Origin: Naegleria gruberi | Lineage: Eukaryota | Assembly: GCA_000004985.1 (NCBI GenBank) | Contig: GG738889.1 | Strand: one strand, 5' to 3' | DNA: 64,000 bases | Shown here: positions 20,940 to 31,536 of the stretch, piece by piece | Position numbering within the stretch: position 1 is the first letter of the stretch | Layout: the number at the start of each line of letters is the position of its first letter | The notes under the pieces: generated by a model | What the model was told of the DNA's origin: nothing | Database searches by the model: none | The model's input: the letters and a program-made list of their open reading frames with translations, nothing else | Program-made: the position numbers and the translations under genes

Positions 20940-22584
20940 TTAATGTGAATATTGCATGTTTGGGGATTTTTCAGAATTTAACAAGGAATCGTTCTCTTGA
21001 TTGGTTGTTGCTGATGTTTCAGAATCATTTGATGTTTCTTTTTCCGAATGTTCATCCTTCTTTCGTTTAAATAATCTAGCTCCAATAGTGTTGAACATTT
21101 CCAAAAAATCAATTTCCACAATCGAAATTCCAGTCAAAATTAACATGACTAGTGCTATTGAGAATGTGGTGAGTAGTGCATTTGTAACCTCTTTCGCTGG
21201 AACACTTCTTGCAATAGTTAATAAGAACGATACATCAAGGATAATTGTAATGAAAATTGATAATGCTATCATTTTTCCAGTCTATTGTAAATTCCAATTG
21301 TTTCAATTATTCATAAATCTCTTAAAAACTTACACCTGTTTGGAAAATATTAATATCTGAAACCTTTTTCAAAGCCAAATGCATCCAAATCAATTGAAAT
21401 GTCATTACTAATACAGTGAGGGCACATATAGAAACCATGAAATAACTTGTAGCTTTCATATTTGTTATTATATCCACTGCACTGATTCCCATTAATCCAA
21501 TAACAAGTATAGCAAAGACAGCACCAATCAATATGTTAAGTCCATTCTTTGGCTTGGTATGGGTAATGGCATACACTACAGTGACATACTTGTTTCTCGA
21601 CATGACAACTAGTGCCATAAATGTGAATAGTATCGCAAAGGCAGTGAAAATATTTGCAACCCCATAAATATCGAACACTTCCAACATTACTGAAATAAAT
21701 AACATGAAAGATCCAGATCCTGTCAGTAGTAATACTACACTCTTTCCCTTAGTATTTCTATTATAGAATTCTATTGCTCTATAGGGAAAGATGATCAATG
21801 CAAGCAAATTGAATGAAACTGTGAGGATCAATTTGAAAGCCATCAATCCGTAATTGATAAAAATGTCAACTTTAGATGAAAGGCATCTCAATGAAAACAT
21901 ATCACTCTTTGAACAATAGCATCCATATACATATGGAAAAAAATTATCATTTTCCTTTTTCATTACTACTGGAATCCCCAACTCTTCAAGTCCACAAAAA
22001 AACTTTGATTTTGGAAAGTTGTCAATCACAAAACCAACCTGTCTGAAATAACTATTTTCTGTTTTTGCATTTACCTTATTCAAATACCTATCACTTCCAC
22101 AATAGAAACAATAATTAATCCATTGATAAGTATCAAATCCAGTTTCCTTCAAATATTTCTCTTCAAAATCTGACACGTAAAACTGAAAGCTTGTTTGGTT
22201 GAATAAATTCTTGCATTGATATTTCTCATTACTTGCCTCCCAAATCCTCATCGATCGACAAATATCAATTTCATCTCCCAAAGTCGGAAAGGAAAACAAC
22301 AAATCATAGCTTAATGTATTTCTTCCGATATCAAACATAATTGTCTTGGGAATGATAGCACTCGAACAGAATAATTCTAATTTATCTTTATAATCGATAT
22401 AGGTGTACGGAGATCCATAATCAAATGATGATATACGTTCTGATGAATTACATTGAAACTTGGCATTATTAAATGTTGGCAATGAGCAGTGAGTAATGGA
22501 TGCAGCACCGATAAGTATTAACATCAAGAGAGTGGGTATTTTCGGATCAAAAATGTTATTTGTGAATGGATGACGAAAGGGCAT
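20940..22584 (-). CDS. Multi-pass membrane protein with a signal peptide, a Cys-containing luminal N-domain and about 7 TM helices (GPR107/Lung-7TM-receptor-like topology). Two exons.
   Basis: Exons 21323..22584 and 20940..21270 with a 52-bp intron 21271..21322 (gtaagt..ag). Hydrophobicity predicts a signal sequence followed by seven helices spanning the exon junction. Confidence 0.5.
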
Positions 22585-22708
22585 TGTTTGTTTTTTTTTA
22601 TTAAATTTTATTTTTGTTTTTTTAATTTTTCCGCATTCATATGGAACTTATATTTAAGGCAACAATTATTATAAATATACTTTAATACTTTACAAAAATA
22701 TTTAACGT

Positions 22709-24379
22709 TTATTCTTCATCAGAGTCAACATCAAATTCCATTTCTTCCTCATCAGGTAAATACTCACTTTCTAAAAAGCTATCATTACAAAAGAGTAATT
22801 TAGACGAAAATCCAACATCTTCCAAAGCATTTACCATAACCTTCAATTGAGATTCCAACTCTGTTAGTCTATTCGAAAACTCTGAATGAGAATTCAGTAA
22901 TAAGGCACTATCTGCCTTTTTAAGAATTTCCACAGTTTCCAAATGTATTTCATCCTCACCCACAAGATCTTGATAATTCTGAATGTATTGTTTGATTTCA
23001 TTGAGTCTTCTCTCTTGAACTGCTCTTACATCTGGTAGAATAAAGTCAAGAAAACTTTCAGAGTTTACATTTTCAATTAGTTCTGCTAGTTTTTCCTCAT
23101 CGTCTGGATTGGAATAGACATGAATGAATTGTTGTTTCAAATCGCTCACATATTCTTTCAATAGTGGATCTGAATTGAAATCTGATTCCATTTTATCTAT
23201 CTTTCTAAATATTAGTGACAGCATGTCACTTCTTGGACGAGCATACAAATGAAATGATTTGTCCAATTTGAATGAAACTTCAACAAGTGGGAAACTATTC
23301 TCGAGTACATATTTCAAAAAACCAGAATCCGCATTTGATCCATAATGTGAATGAAGAACTTGAATACTGTTCAATGATTGGAAATTGATATCAATATTTT
23401 CACCATTTGTAAATCTAGCAAAACATTCTGAAATGGCTAAATGTTCCAAAGAGGGAAAGAAGTGTGCAACCATAGCCATAATTTGTGTCATTGACATTTC
23501 TCCCTTAATGTCCTTAAGACAAAGTTTCTTGGCATTTCTAAACACCTTGCATTCTGAAAAGTCCATTTCTTCAATCACTAAGGTTCTACAATCTGCTGCT
23601 ACTGAACTAAATTGATGAATGTGGTTCAGGTGCATCTTTTCGGCTGAGTATCGAATTGTGGCATTCGAAAAGTTTAGTGCTAAACAAGTTATGCATGATT
23701 GGAGCTTTTCAATGAGCCTATTTTCTTCCAGCTCAAGAATTGAATTCTTGAATATTAACTTTAATTTCTTGCCAAATCTTTGTTCTAAATCCACTTGTAG
23801 AGACCTAATGGTATCGTATAAAATGCACGGACCTTGTGTGGTAATGCTTTTTAAATTTGGTGAAAGAATTAGAGATTTTCTTACATCATGAGCAATCAGT
23901 GATGGTTCTTCCACCAATTTACAATAGCTTATGGTTAAATGTTGAATATGACTGTCAGGGTTCAACAAATTCCAAATGTCATCTTTTGACAAGCAATAAA
24001 TATTCCTTAATTCCAAGCCTGTACATTGAGCCATCAGTTTAGCACCTCCTAAAGGCATCTTTTCTAAATTGTCTACTTTTAAATATTTACAATTCTCACT
24101 TTCCAGATTTCTCATATTTCCATTTACAATTTTACAAACAAATTCGAAATCTCCTTTTTCAACAGCCAACAAGTTTTTTCTCGACCGTAAAACATAAGCC
24201 ATCATTGAATCATCTATCAACCTCAAAGATTTGAACAGATGAAGTGTTCTGATCAAGGATTCATCTTCTATGAAGGTCATGATCAAGACCCAAACATCAC
24301 CAACTAATTGAGGATGAGATTTTGTTTTTGAATTACGTGGCGAGTTTGTTTTGAAAAACTTGGTTAATCGTGTTAACAT
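22709..24379 (-). CDS. F-box-like / leucine-rich-repeat (RNI-like) protein with an acidic C-terminal tail.
   Basis: 556-aa ORF. Has LRR-type L-x-x-L-x-L periodicity throughout, an N-terminal F-box-like segment 'DVWVLIMTFIEDESLIRTLHLFKSLRLI' and a C-terminus 'EEEMEFDVDSDEE'. Confidence 0.6.
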   Translation of the reverse strand: MLTRLTKFFKTNSPRNSKTKSHPQLVGDVWVLIMTFIEDESLIRTLHLFKSLRLIDDSMMAYVLRSRKNLLAVEKGDFEFVCKIVNGNMRNLESENCKYLKVDNLEKMPLGGAKLMAQCTGLELRNIYCLSKDDIWNLLNPDSHIQHLTISYCKLVEEPSLIAHDVRKSLILSPNLKSITTQGPCILYDTIRSLQVDLEQRFGKKLKLIFKNSILELEENRLIEKLQSCITCLALNFSNATIRYSAEKMHLNHIHQFSSVAADCRTLVIEEMDFSECKVFRNAKKLCLKDIKGEMSMTQIMAMVAHFFPSLEHLAISECFARFTNGENIDINFQSLNSIQVLHSHYGSNADSGFLKYVLENSFPLVEVSFKLDKSFHLYARPRSDMLSLIFRKIDKMESDFNSDPLLKEYVSDLKQQFIHVYSNPDDEEKLAELIENVNSESFLDFILPDVRAVQERRLNEIKQYIQNYQDLVGEDEIHLETVEILKKADSALLLNSHSEFSNRLTELESQLKVMVNALEDVGFSSKLLFCNDSFLESEYLPDEEEMEFDVDSDEE

Positions 24380-24554
24380 ATTTTTTAATCGTTGATTTTA
24401 TTATTAATAGTAAAACGTGATTAAATGTAATTTAAAGGTTTCTAATAGATTTCTAATTAACAACAACTGTCTAATAATTTTGTACTCCAGAAGGTTCACC
24501 AACTATTTTGGAATACTTTAAAATTGTGAAATTCTTTACAATTTTTATTTAACT

Positions 24555-25756
24555 TTATGCATCACCAAGAATAGGTGTGTTTGCAAATTTATATCTGGTT
24601 CCTGTATGACGTTTCTTAATACTAATATATGAATCCAGGTTATCCTTGAAGGTTAGTATGATTTGGTTCATTAAGAAATTACAGAATGGAGATTGTACAG
24701 GTTTAGTTGAATGGGATTTACCTTTATGCTCCGCAATAGATCGAAAGTATGTTTGTTTGTCAGCATTTTCAATGATAGTGATTGGATATTTACCCCTCAA
24801 CAAGACATAGTTCATTAATAATCTAGATATTCTTCCATTCCCATCTTTGAATGGATGAATTTGAACAAAATTGTAATGGATAAGGCAAGCTTGTTTGATT
24901 GGATGGGAATTCATGAATGATGCAGAATTAACATATTGAATAAACTTCCTCATGAGACCTGGAACTTCATTAAAATCAGCTAACAACACCTTTTCAAAGC
25001 CAATTGCAACATTGACTTTTCGGTACGCTCCATTTTCTCTTAATAAATACATCATTAGAGTGATGCATTTGTTGAATGTTTTCCTCACTTAATGTTTCAT
25101 TTTGTTCAATATATTTAAGGATATAATCAAATGCAGTTTTGTGATTCATTACTTCCAAAAATTGTATATATGAAGTTTCTTTGGCAGCAACCTCAGAAAG
25201 TATTTGACTTGTTTGAGAAAATGAAGCAGTGCAACCTTCAATGGCATTTCCATGGTAAATAAATCTTGCCAGAGTGTCATTGGCAAGGATTTCTTTCATA
25301 TCAAAGTTAAAGCTCTGGGACAAATCTTCAACAACAGCTAAATCATTTTCATCTTAAACCAATAAGAAATAAGAAAAAGTAAAGCCTACCCAATTCAATT
25401 TCTGAAGGATGTTGAAACAAACTGGCATAACCTTGATATATTGCACCATCCTCAACCAATTCATAAAAATTGGAAGTACTTCTAAACGGTTCGTACAGCT
25501 TTTTCATCTCTTCTTCTCTCCAAGTCTCTGCCTCATAAAATAGTTTAAATTGGTTCCTTTGTTTCAGTAGCTTGTCGGAATCAACATATTCCTGAGTACT
25601 TTCGTAAGTATAAAACACAACAATGCTTAATAAAAGTATCACGACCACTCCACAAATATACAACACAATATTATCTTTTCGAATTGTTTTCTTGGTTTTT
25701 GGTACCGAAGTTTTCTTGTAGTTTGTTTTCCTTACTATATTTCCCTTGCTTATCAT
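24555..25756 (-). CDS. Fic-domain AMPylase, FICD/HYPE-like (N-terminal TM anchor plus Fic core). It is disrupted by a +1 frameshift in an A4/T4 homopolymer (plus-strand T run 25033..25036). It is either a pseudogene or a sequence error.
   Basis: Fic motif 'HPFKDGNGRISRLLMNYVLL'. The upstream frame carries 'YHGNAIEGCT' (inhibitory-helix-like xxxE[GN]) and 'AYRKVNVAI'. Exon 1 is 25390..25756 (TM 'LYICGVVVILLLSIVVFYTY'). The candidate intron 25353..25389 (gtaggc..ag) is only 37 bp and uncertain. Dropping one A from the minus-strand run AAAA gives a continuous '..MHHSNDVFIKRNGAYRKVNVAIGF..'. Confidence 0.6.
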
Positions 25757-25982
25757 TTTTTTGTGAGTTTTTTATTGTGCAAAAGACGAAAGCTTTAGAA
25801 AATTGCATTATTTCTGGATATGAGACAATTATATTTTCAAGAAGTTGAGCAATAACCACATTCTGGTTTTTCAAATAGAGAAGTAAAGCTCCAAGCTATA
25901 AATATCAATTTTTTTGTCATATGCAATATTTTCACAAACCTCTGGAGTGTTGTACCAACATTTTCAGTCACTTGAGATTTAC

Positions 25983-27080
25983 CTAGTTCTTCAGTGGTGT
26001 TTCAGATATTGGTCTGTAAGGATTCGATGTGGAGACAGTAGTTTCTGGTACATAATTCTGAATAAAAATGGCCATATCCAACCATAATTCCAAACATTGA
26101 ACAGCATGTAAGTTATCAAATTCCTTCATGTAGAGAAAATATTTGGGCACTATTAATGTTTGATTATTGATGACTTGCTCTTCAAATTTAGCCTCCAAAA
26201 CGAACAGAAAGGCAACTTTTTGTAGGTATAACAACCCCTCCACTTTGCTGTACTTTTCCATTTGTTCCTTTTTTAAACGAAAGTGTTTCATGTTTTCTCT
26301 GAAAAAGTTATTTAAATCCAAGTGAATAACATCTTACCTTAGTAAACTCTTCATACAAATAATCAATTTCTGGCCGTCTGTTCCTGGATTGTTCCACTTC
26401 ACTGGATGGTCGATTGCCTTATCTTCCCTTATCAAAAATCTACTTTCTTCAGTTTGCAAAAACCCATCATTTCGTACTTTAATTAGAGGCAACTCATCAC
26501 ATAAACAAACTGAATGTTGTTTGTCCCTGATCATATTCTCCTATTAGCATTTCTATTAATAAGAAACTTACCCATTCAAACTGATATTGTTAAAATTTGA
26601 ACATAGTGCATTAAATAGACTATTAATGGCTGAAGACACTACCATGTCTCCCAAAGGTTCTCTTCTTTTATAAATATCGAACAACTTTCGTGTCGAACAT
26701 AACAACTCCATAACTGTCCCAATACTGGCTCTGCACCCTTCAAAAGAGGATTCGAGCTCTAGCTTTAAACTTTCAAACTTTTCCCAGCTATCTTTCTCTT
26801 GGTAAATGTCGGTAATCCTTTCCAAACTTTCCTTTGGGAATGAAAAATCAGGTTTCCAACTCATAGGTGTAATGTCGAGTGTTGAGAAGAAAGGTGCACT
26901 TTCTTTTGCCCAATAGGGAAGATCCTGATTTTCGGAAATGATTGCTCTTTCACAAAATCTCACAAAAGCCTCAAGTTTTCCTTCATCTTCCACAATTCCC
27001 TTAATTACTTGTTGTAGACTTTGCTTTAGTCCCTCCTTGCTGTCTTCTTCTGCTCTTTCGATGAGTTTTCTCTTTGGCAT
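25983..27080 (-). CDS. Hypothetical three-exon protein (unknown function).
   Basis: Exons 26572..27080, 26338..26526 and 25983..26298. Intron 1 is 45 bp (26527..26571, gtaagt..ag) and intron 2 is 39 bp (26299..26337, gtaaga..ttttcag). Splicing joins three ORF-track ORFs in frame. No motif recognised. Confidence 0.55.
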
Positions 27081-27265
27081 TTTTTATAAAAAATTAAGGC
27101 GGGAATGAATCTCTAAAAGATCATAATATTGTATTTATTAAAATATCAGGAAGTTGATAATGGACCACCTATCACTTAGTACATGTTTCTTTCATACTAC
27201 TATTGATATTTATAGTTTTCTAGATCCTTTAATCTTTTTTCAAGATCTGTAATAAGATTTCTTTT

Positions 27266-29896
27266 CTAAAAGCCAAATGGTTTCATGTAAGAAATGATAA
27301 GATTAATATTATCTAAGAAATTAGCTGATAATTCATCGATCAACTGTTTGAATGGTCCAAATAAGTTCTTATTACGCAGATATTCAGCTAACTCATTGTA
27401 AATCATTCTCTCCATCAATATTATTAAACCTAATACTCTTTGGAAAGATTTAGGATAATAGTGGCTTCTTTCTAAATGTCCCTCATTATCCACATAAATT
27501 TTGGAAGGAGATGAACTCTCGAAAACATGTCCAATAAAAGCATCAAATGCTGCTGTCTGCAAGAGAATATCTTTGAATGATTGAGATTTTGATGTTGTAA
27601 AGTCAGAGAGCTTAGAATTTTTACCCCCAACTCTTTGTGAGTGAATTGGAGAAACAAGACTAAACCCTTTTCCAAAAGCAGTGGGGAAATTTCTAACCCT
27701 ACGATTTGTGTAAGGAACATTAATCCAAAATCTGTTCACATCAATAAAACTGTTGATAATCAAGTTAAATAATTGATCTAATGGTGAATATTCCAATTCC
27801 AATACTTCCCCACTCTTGAACTGCAGTATTACATTGGATATGGAAAACTTTTGAACAGAAGGAATAACTGTCATTACCTCATCATGCATGCTGTAAAATG
27901 GTATGAATAGTGGTTTGGAAAATTCACCGTTCATACCTCCCGTAGTTAATTTCTCAATTGAGTCCAAAAAGAGACATTGATTTTGAATGATTTCCTTTTC
28001 CTCAGTATTAATCATTGACATGTATTGGGAAAGTATAAATTTGCTGATTGGATGTCGATGTGATTCCACTTTCAGCAACCAGAAAAATTGATTTCCAATA
28101 ACTTTGGATGTAAGAGATCTTCTTACAAGATATTGAGTCAGTACTCCATTAACACTATCAAACTTGATACAATTTGTGAGATAAGGTAGCAATACCAAAA
28201 AATCTTCATCAGTGGTATCTTGCAGCATTTCTGTAATTGTAAGTTTGATAAAAACACTGTTGGAAACACTTTCTGATAGAATTCTCAATAGTTTCATCAC
28301 GTGTTGTGGTTTTTTCCATTTAGATACATATTGTTTGGCCAAATATACAGCCCATGGATTTTGAAATGGTATACTTCTCAAAAATGGTACAATCTTGTCT
28401 GGATTACTAATGTTAACATCCTTTTGTTTCCATTCCTTCATAGAAGGTAAATCATTCAATGTTAAGTTCATTGGTTCAACTCTATTAAAAAGAACAATTT
28501 GTGTTTCCTCATAAACTTCCAAAGATTCTTTAAACTTCAGTGGTGGTATTTTCTCTATTTCATACATGACCGAATGCTCATAATTCTCGAATGAAACGTC
28601 AACAGAAAATGTTGTATCAATACCGTCTATTGTGGTATCTTTGGAAAATAATTTAACATTTCCTTGTTGTAGCTCCAAATTTGAATCGAAAACTGGGCAT
28701 TCTACTTTTGACACGTATTTTCTTTTAGTTATTCCAGTAATAGGGTTTACCATTAAGCAGAATAGTGTTAATTCTATCATTCCATCACAAGAAAGGTCTG
28801 ATATACGAATGTTATCAAAACTAATTTCCTCATTCCATTCCAAACAATCCGAATGTGGTATACACTTGGTATATTTTCTCTCACTGGTCTCGTTGCTATA
28901 TATTTTGCATTCAATTACAAAAGAAAGAGTACTGAAAGGTTTGAAGTCTGTGTGAAAGTATGATATTCCCTGTATACCCTTGATGAAAATTTTCAGATTC
29001 TTATCAAAATCGAAAGAGCAAATGGCACCGTCCTTCTTTGCAATGTCAGTAGTTTGAGTGATTAAAGAATTTAAAAACTTGAAATATGGTTCAACATCAT
29101 TTTCGTGTTCAATATTCATCTTGGTTGGTGCACAATCAACCTCTATATTTTTCTTCGATCCTAAAGAAAGTAAAAGTCCTCTTTCAACATTCTTCATCAA
29201 GTTGATTTTGACAATTAAAGTTTTAAGGGAAGGTAAACCTTCTAAAATTGGTATGATACCCTCAGTCAAAGGGTTGGCAGAAATATTAAGCCTTGTTAAG
29301 TTTTTCCATTCACATTCACTCATAAGCTCTGTAAAATTCCTCGTATCCATATTAATTGAAGAAATATCCAGAGAGGTCAACCCTTCCAGTTTACAAATTT
29401 TGGATATTAATCCTTTTCCAAATGAATGGCCATTTACAGTTAAACATGTCAGGTGGAGTGGCTTGATTTCATTTGAACTGTAGATATTTTCCCAAAAACG
29501 TTTGCTCATATTATTTAAAGTAAGTGATTTTAGATTTTTGAATTCACACTTTTCAAAATTCTCAAATCCATTAGTTTGCACATCATCAAGAGCCAAATAC
29601 TCCAAGTTTTCTGAAAAGTTTTCAATATTAGTATAGCAGTGTGTTATGGAGAGTTTTTTCAATCCCAAAGGAAGAATGGATGTTTCTATTGTGATATTTC
29701 CTTCTAAATCTAATGATTCGAGATTTTCAAAATCCAACCTGGGAAGAGGTGATATTCTTTCAAAACGATCACTGTATATAGCCAGTGATCTAATTTGTGG
29801 TTTGATAGAAAGCATCTTATCTACCAAATATGAAGTATATGCAAAATCAACTTTCAACTCGACAAGATTAGGTAGTCTTTCCCTGCTCTCTAACAA
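27266..29896 (-). CDS. LRR protein fused to a PI3K-like module: N-terminal leucine-rich repeats, a central region, a PI3K accessory/helical domain and a degenerate kinase-like C-terminal region. It may be the same gene as the F-box ORF 29890..30300.
   Basis: LRRs 'LDFENLESLDLEGN..LKKLSITHC..LEYLALDD'. Helical-domain signature 'LTSKVIGNQFFWLLKVESH' (compare PI3K 'IGHFFFWHLKSE'). Canonical catalytic motifs (GDDLRQD, DRH, DFG) were not found. The ORF 'M' is a TTG and the frame is open upstream. Confidence 0.5.
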   Translation of the reverse strand: MLESRERLPNLVELKVDFAYTSYLVDKMLSIKPQIRSLAIYSDRFERISPLPRLDFENLESLDLEGNITIETSILPLGLKKLSITHCYTNIENFSENLEYLALDDVQTNGFENFEKCEFKNLKSLTLNNMSKRFWENIYSSNEIKPLHLTCLTVNGHSFGKGLISKICKLEGLTSLDISSINMDTRNFTELMSECEWKNLTRLNISANPLTEGIIPILEGLPSLKTLIVKINLMKNVERGLLLSLGSKKNIEVDCAPTKMNIEHENDVEPYFKFLNSLITQTTDIAKKDGAICSFDFDKNLKIFIKGIQGISYFHTDFKPFSTLSFVIECKIYSNETSERKYTKCIPHSDCLEWNEEISFDNIRISDLSCDGMIELTLFCLMVNPITGITKRKYVSKVECPVFDSNLELQQGNVKLFSKDTTIDGIDTTFSVDVSFENYEHSVMYEIEKIPPLKFKESLEVYEETQIVLFNRVEPMNLTLNDLPSMKEWKQKDVNISNPDKIVPFLRSIPFQNPWAVYLAKQYVSKWKKPQHVMKLLRILSESVSNSVFIKLTITEMLQDTTDEDFLVLLPYLTNCIKFDSVNGVLTQYLVRRSLTSKVIGNQFFWLLKVESHRHPISKFILSQYMSMINTEEKEIIQNQCLFLDSIEKLTTGGMNGEFSKPLFIPFYSMHDEVMTVIPSVQKFSISNVILQFKSGEVLELEYSPLDQLFNLIINSFIDVNRFWINVPYTNRRVRNFPTAFGKGFSLVSPIHSQRVGGKNSKLSDFTTSKSQSFKDILLQTAAFDAFIGHVFESSSPSKIYVDNEGHLERSHYYPKSFQRVLGLIILMERMIYNELAEYLRNKNLFGPFKQLIDELSANFLDNINLIISYMKPFGF

Positions 29897-30300
29897 ATAT
29901 TGATAATCATATTTGACGTATATTCTCTAACATCCAAAGACTTTAACTTTGAAAATTTGTCAATAATTAACTTTAAACCACTCGAGCTGAATTCATTTCT
30001 TCTCAAACTCAAATATTCCAAAGCATTTGCATTCATGGAAGAACACACTCTTTCAATCTCACTATCTGTTAAATGACAACCAACAGCCGAAAACTTTTTA
30101 ATAGAAAAATAATAATCATCAGCCTGATGATCAAGTAATAACTTAGAAAATTCCTGTTTTGAAGTAAACTTCAATCGGAGATGAACTAATCTTCTCACAA
30201 CCAGCCATCTCTTACAAACTTGCGAAGTAATCAAAAAGACAAACTTTGCATGAAGAAAGGAGAAAATTTCGGCAATAATTTCCTCTGGCAATTGATTCAT
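29890..30300 (-). CDS. F-box domain ORF with LRR-like tail. It is probably the 5' exon of the downstream LRR/PI3K-like gene.
   Basis: 'LPEEIIAEIFSFLHAKFVFLITSQVCKRWL' is a canonical F-box. Its stop overlaps the start of the 27266..29896 frame. A candidate 89-nt GT..AG intron (donor after '..NEFSSS') would join '..RRNEFSSS|ESRERLPNLVELK' in frame. Confidence 0.5.
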   Translation of the reverse strand: MNQLPEEIIAEIFSFLHAKFVFLITSQVCKRWLVVRRLVHLRLKFTSKQEFSKLLLDHQADDYYFSIKKFSAVGCHLTDSEIERVCSSMNANALEYLSLRRNEFSSSGLKLIIDKFSKLKSLDVREYTSNMIINIC

Positions 30301-30486
30301 TTTTTTGGAGTTGGATCGAAGAATGAATTATTGGTGCCTGTTCAAACCTGGATTTGAATTTCTTGAGGTGGAGCATCTACTCTCACAGGTTTGAATTAAA
30401 TTTTAGGTTTGAAGATTCATGAATTCAAGAAAATTATGAATTTCACATAATGATGTTTTACAAATTTGACATTTACAGGCTTAAAT

Positions 30487-31388
30487 TTAGGCATATTTAA
30501 TCATTAGAATGATGAATATTAAAATTGATATCAGAATACAAGCAATAATTGAAATAACGGTCACTACTCTACACATCATTCGATTCTTGGTGCTTTTTGC
30601 TTGATAAACAAATGTCTGAGAGTCACTGTTCAAATCAGTAGTTTTCTGAGATAGGTCTCTAGTAGATTCCATATTTACAATAATCTTATCAATGTTGGAA
30701 ACCATGATTTTCTTAACATCTTCAATTTGAGATTGAATCAGCACAATTTTATCATTTTCCACTCGTGTACAATAATCCAATTGTTGACCAAGTAATTTTT
30801 CCACCTTTTTGTAAAAATCTTCGTGTAATCTTTGATTATTTGATTTGAAAATTTCATAATTTATACTTTGCAATAATTTAATAAATTCATTTTTCACTCT
30901 ATCCAATAATCCAAAACAAATTCTCAAATGAGTACTATAATAATTCCATAATTTAAATTCCACAATAAATTCACCACATACCTCTCCTCTGCAATGCAAA
31001 CATAGAAATAAAATCTTCCATTGAAATGATGTTCCAAAACATGAATCTGTTGAGTGGCAATTTGAAATGTTGTTTTAAAAATTGAACTAGCAAGAGATGA
31101 ATCATTAAATTGATTGAGATCAGTTCTCTGTTTTTCCACAACTTTAAAACAAGTAGACCTCAGATTTTCTGTTGTTTTCTGTAATTGTGGTCTGAGAGCA
31201 GCATCACCATGAAAATATATTTTAGAATTTTGTGGTGTTGCCAAATAATTATTTTCCATAGATGGACCAGGACGTGAAAACACAGCGACCATGTGAATAT
31301 CGTGGTAATTGTTATTGGTGTTGGATTGATGTTCACTTGATCCTCCTCCAAGTATTGGAGTCCTTTCCGAAGCATTGTTTCTACTCAT
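30487..31388 (-). CDS. Longin-domain R-SNARE (VAMP7/Sec22-like) with a C-terminal TM anchor. Two exons.
   Basis: Exons 30982..31388 and 30487..30922 with a 59-bp intron 30923..30981 (gtatgt..ag). Longin block 'HHFNGRFYFYVCIAEER|ICFGLLDRVKNEFIKLLQ'. SNARE heptads 'IEDVKKIMVSNIDKIIVNMESTRDLSQKTTDLNSDSQTF'. TM 'VVTVISIIACILISILIFIILMI'. Confidence 0.7.
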
Positions 31389-31536
31389 TTTTTAATTGTG
31401 AAAGTAATAACGAATCCTATTCTCTAATCTCCTTCTCCTTTTGAATCCAATTAGATTCCACCTTACAAAGACCAACAAAGCCAAATAATAGAATAATGTA
31501 AAGATATTTATTATTTAGTCGAACTAGGGCTATTAT

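Noticed and set aside
23385-24042. Plus-strand ORFs 23385..23615, 23619..23891 and 23857..24042 antisense to the LRR gene. The same applies to 28632..29903 (+) ORFs antisense to the LRR/PI3K-like gene, 36511..37087 (-) inside the BTB gene, and 50265..51644 alternative-frame ORFs inside the ZNFX1 Cys-rich exon.
   Set aside because: They are contained within longer ORFs with recognisable domains. In the ZNFX1 region the alternative frames arise from the repetitive TGT/TGC/CAT codon structure.
25044-25093. 50-bp GT..AG segment (gtgagg..tattaag) in the Fic gene as an intron to reconcile the two frames.
   Set aside because: Its length (50, equal to 2 mod 3) shifts into the third frame, which is neither Fic-encoding frame, and it would delete the conserved 'IQQMHH' helix.
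29897-29924. 28-nt GT..AG segment (gtcaaatatgattatcaatatttgttag) as an intron joining the F-box ORF to the LRR/PI3K-like ORF.
   Set aside because: It is far shorter than any validated intron here (>=39 bp) and yields a junction inside an LRR unit. The 89-nt alternative or two separate genes are more plausible.
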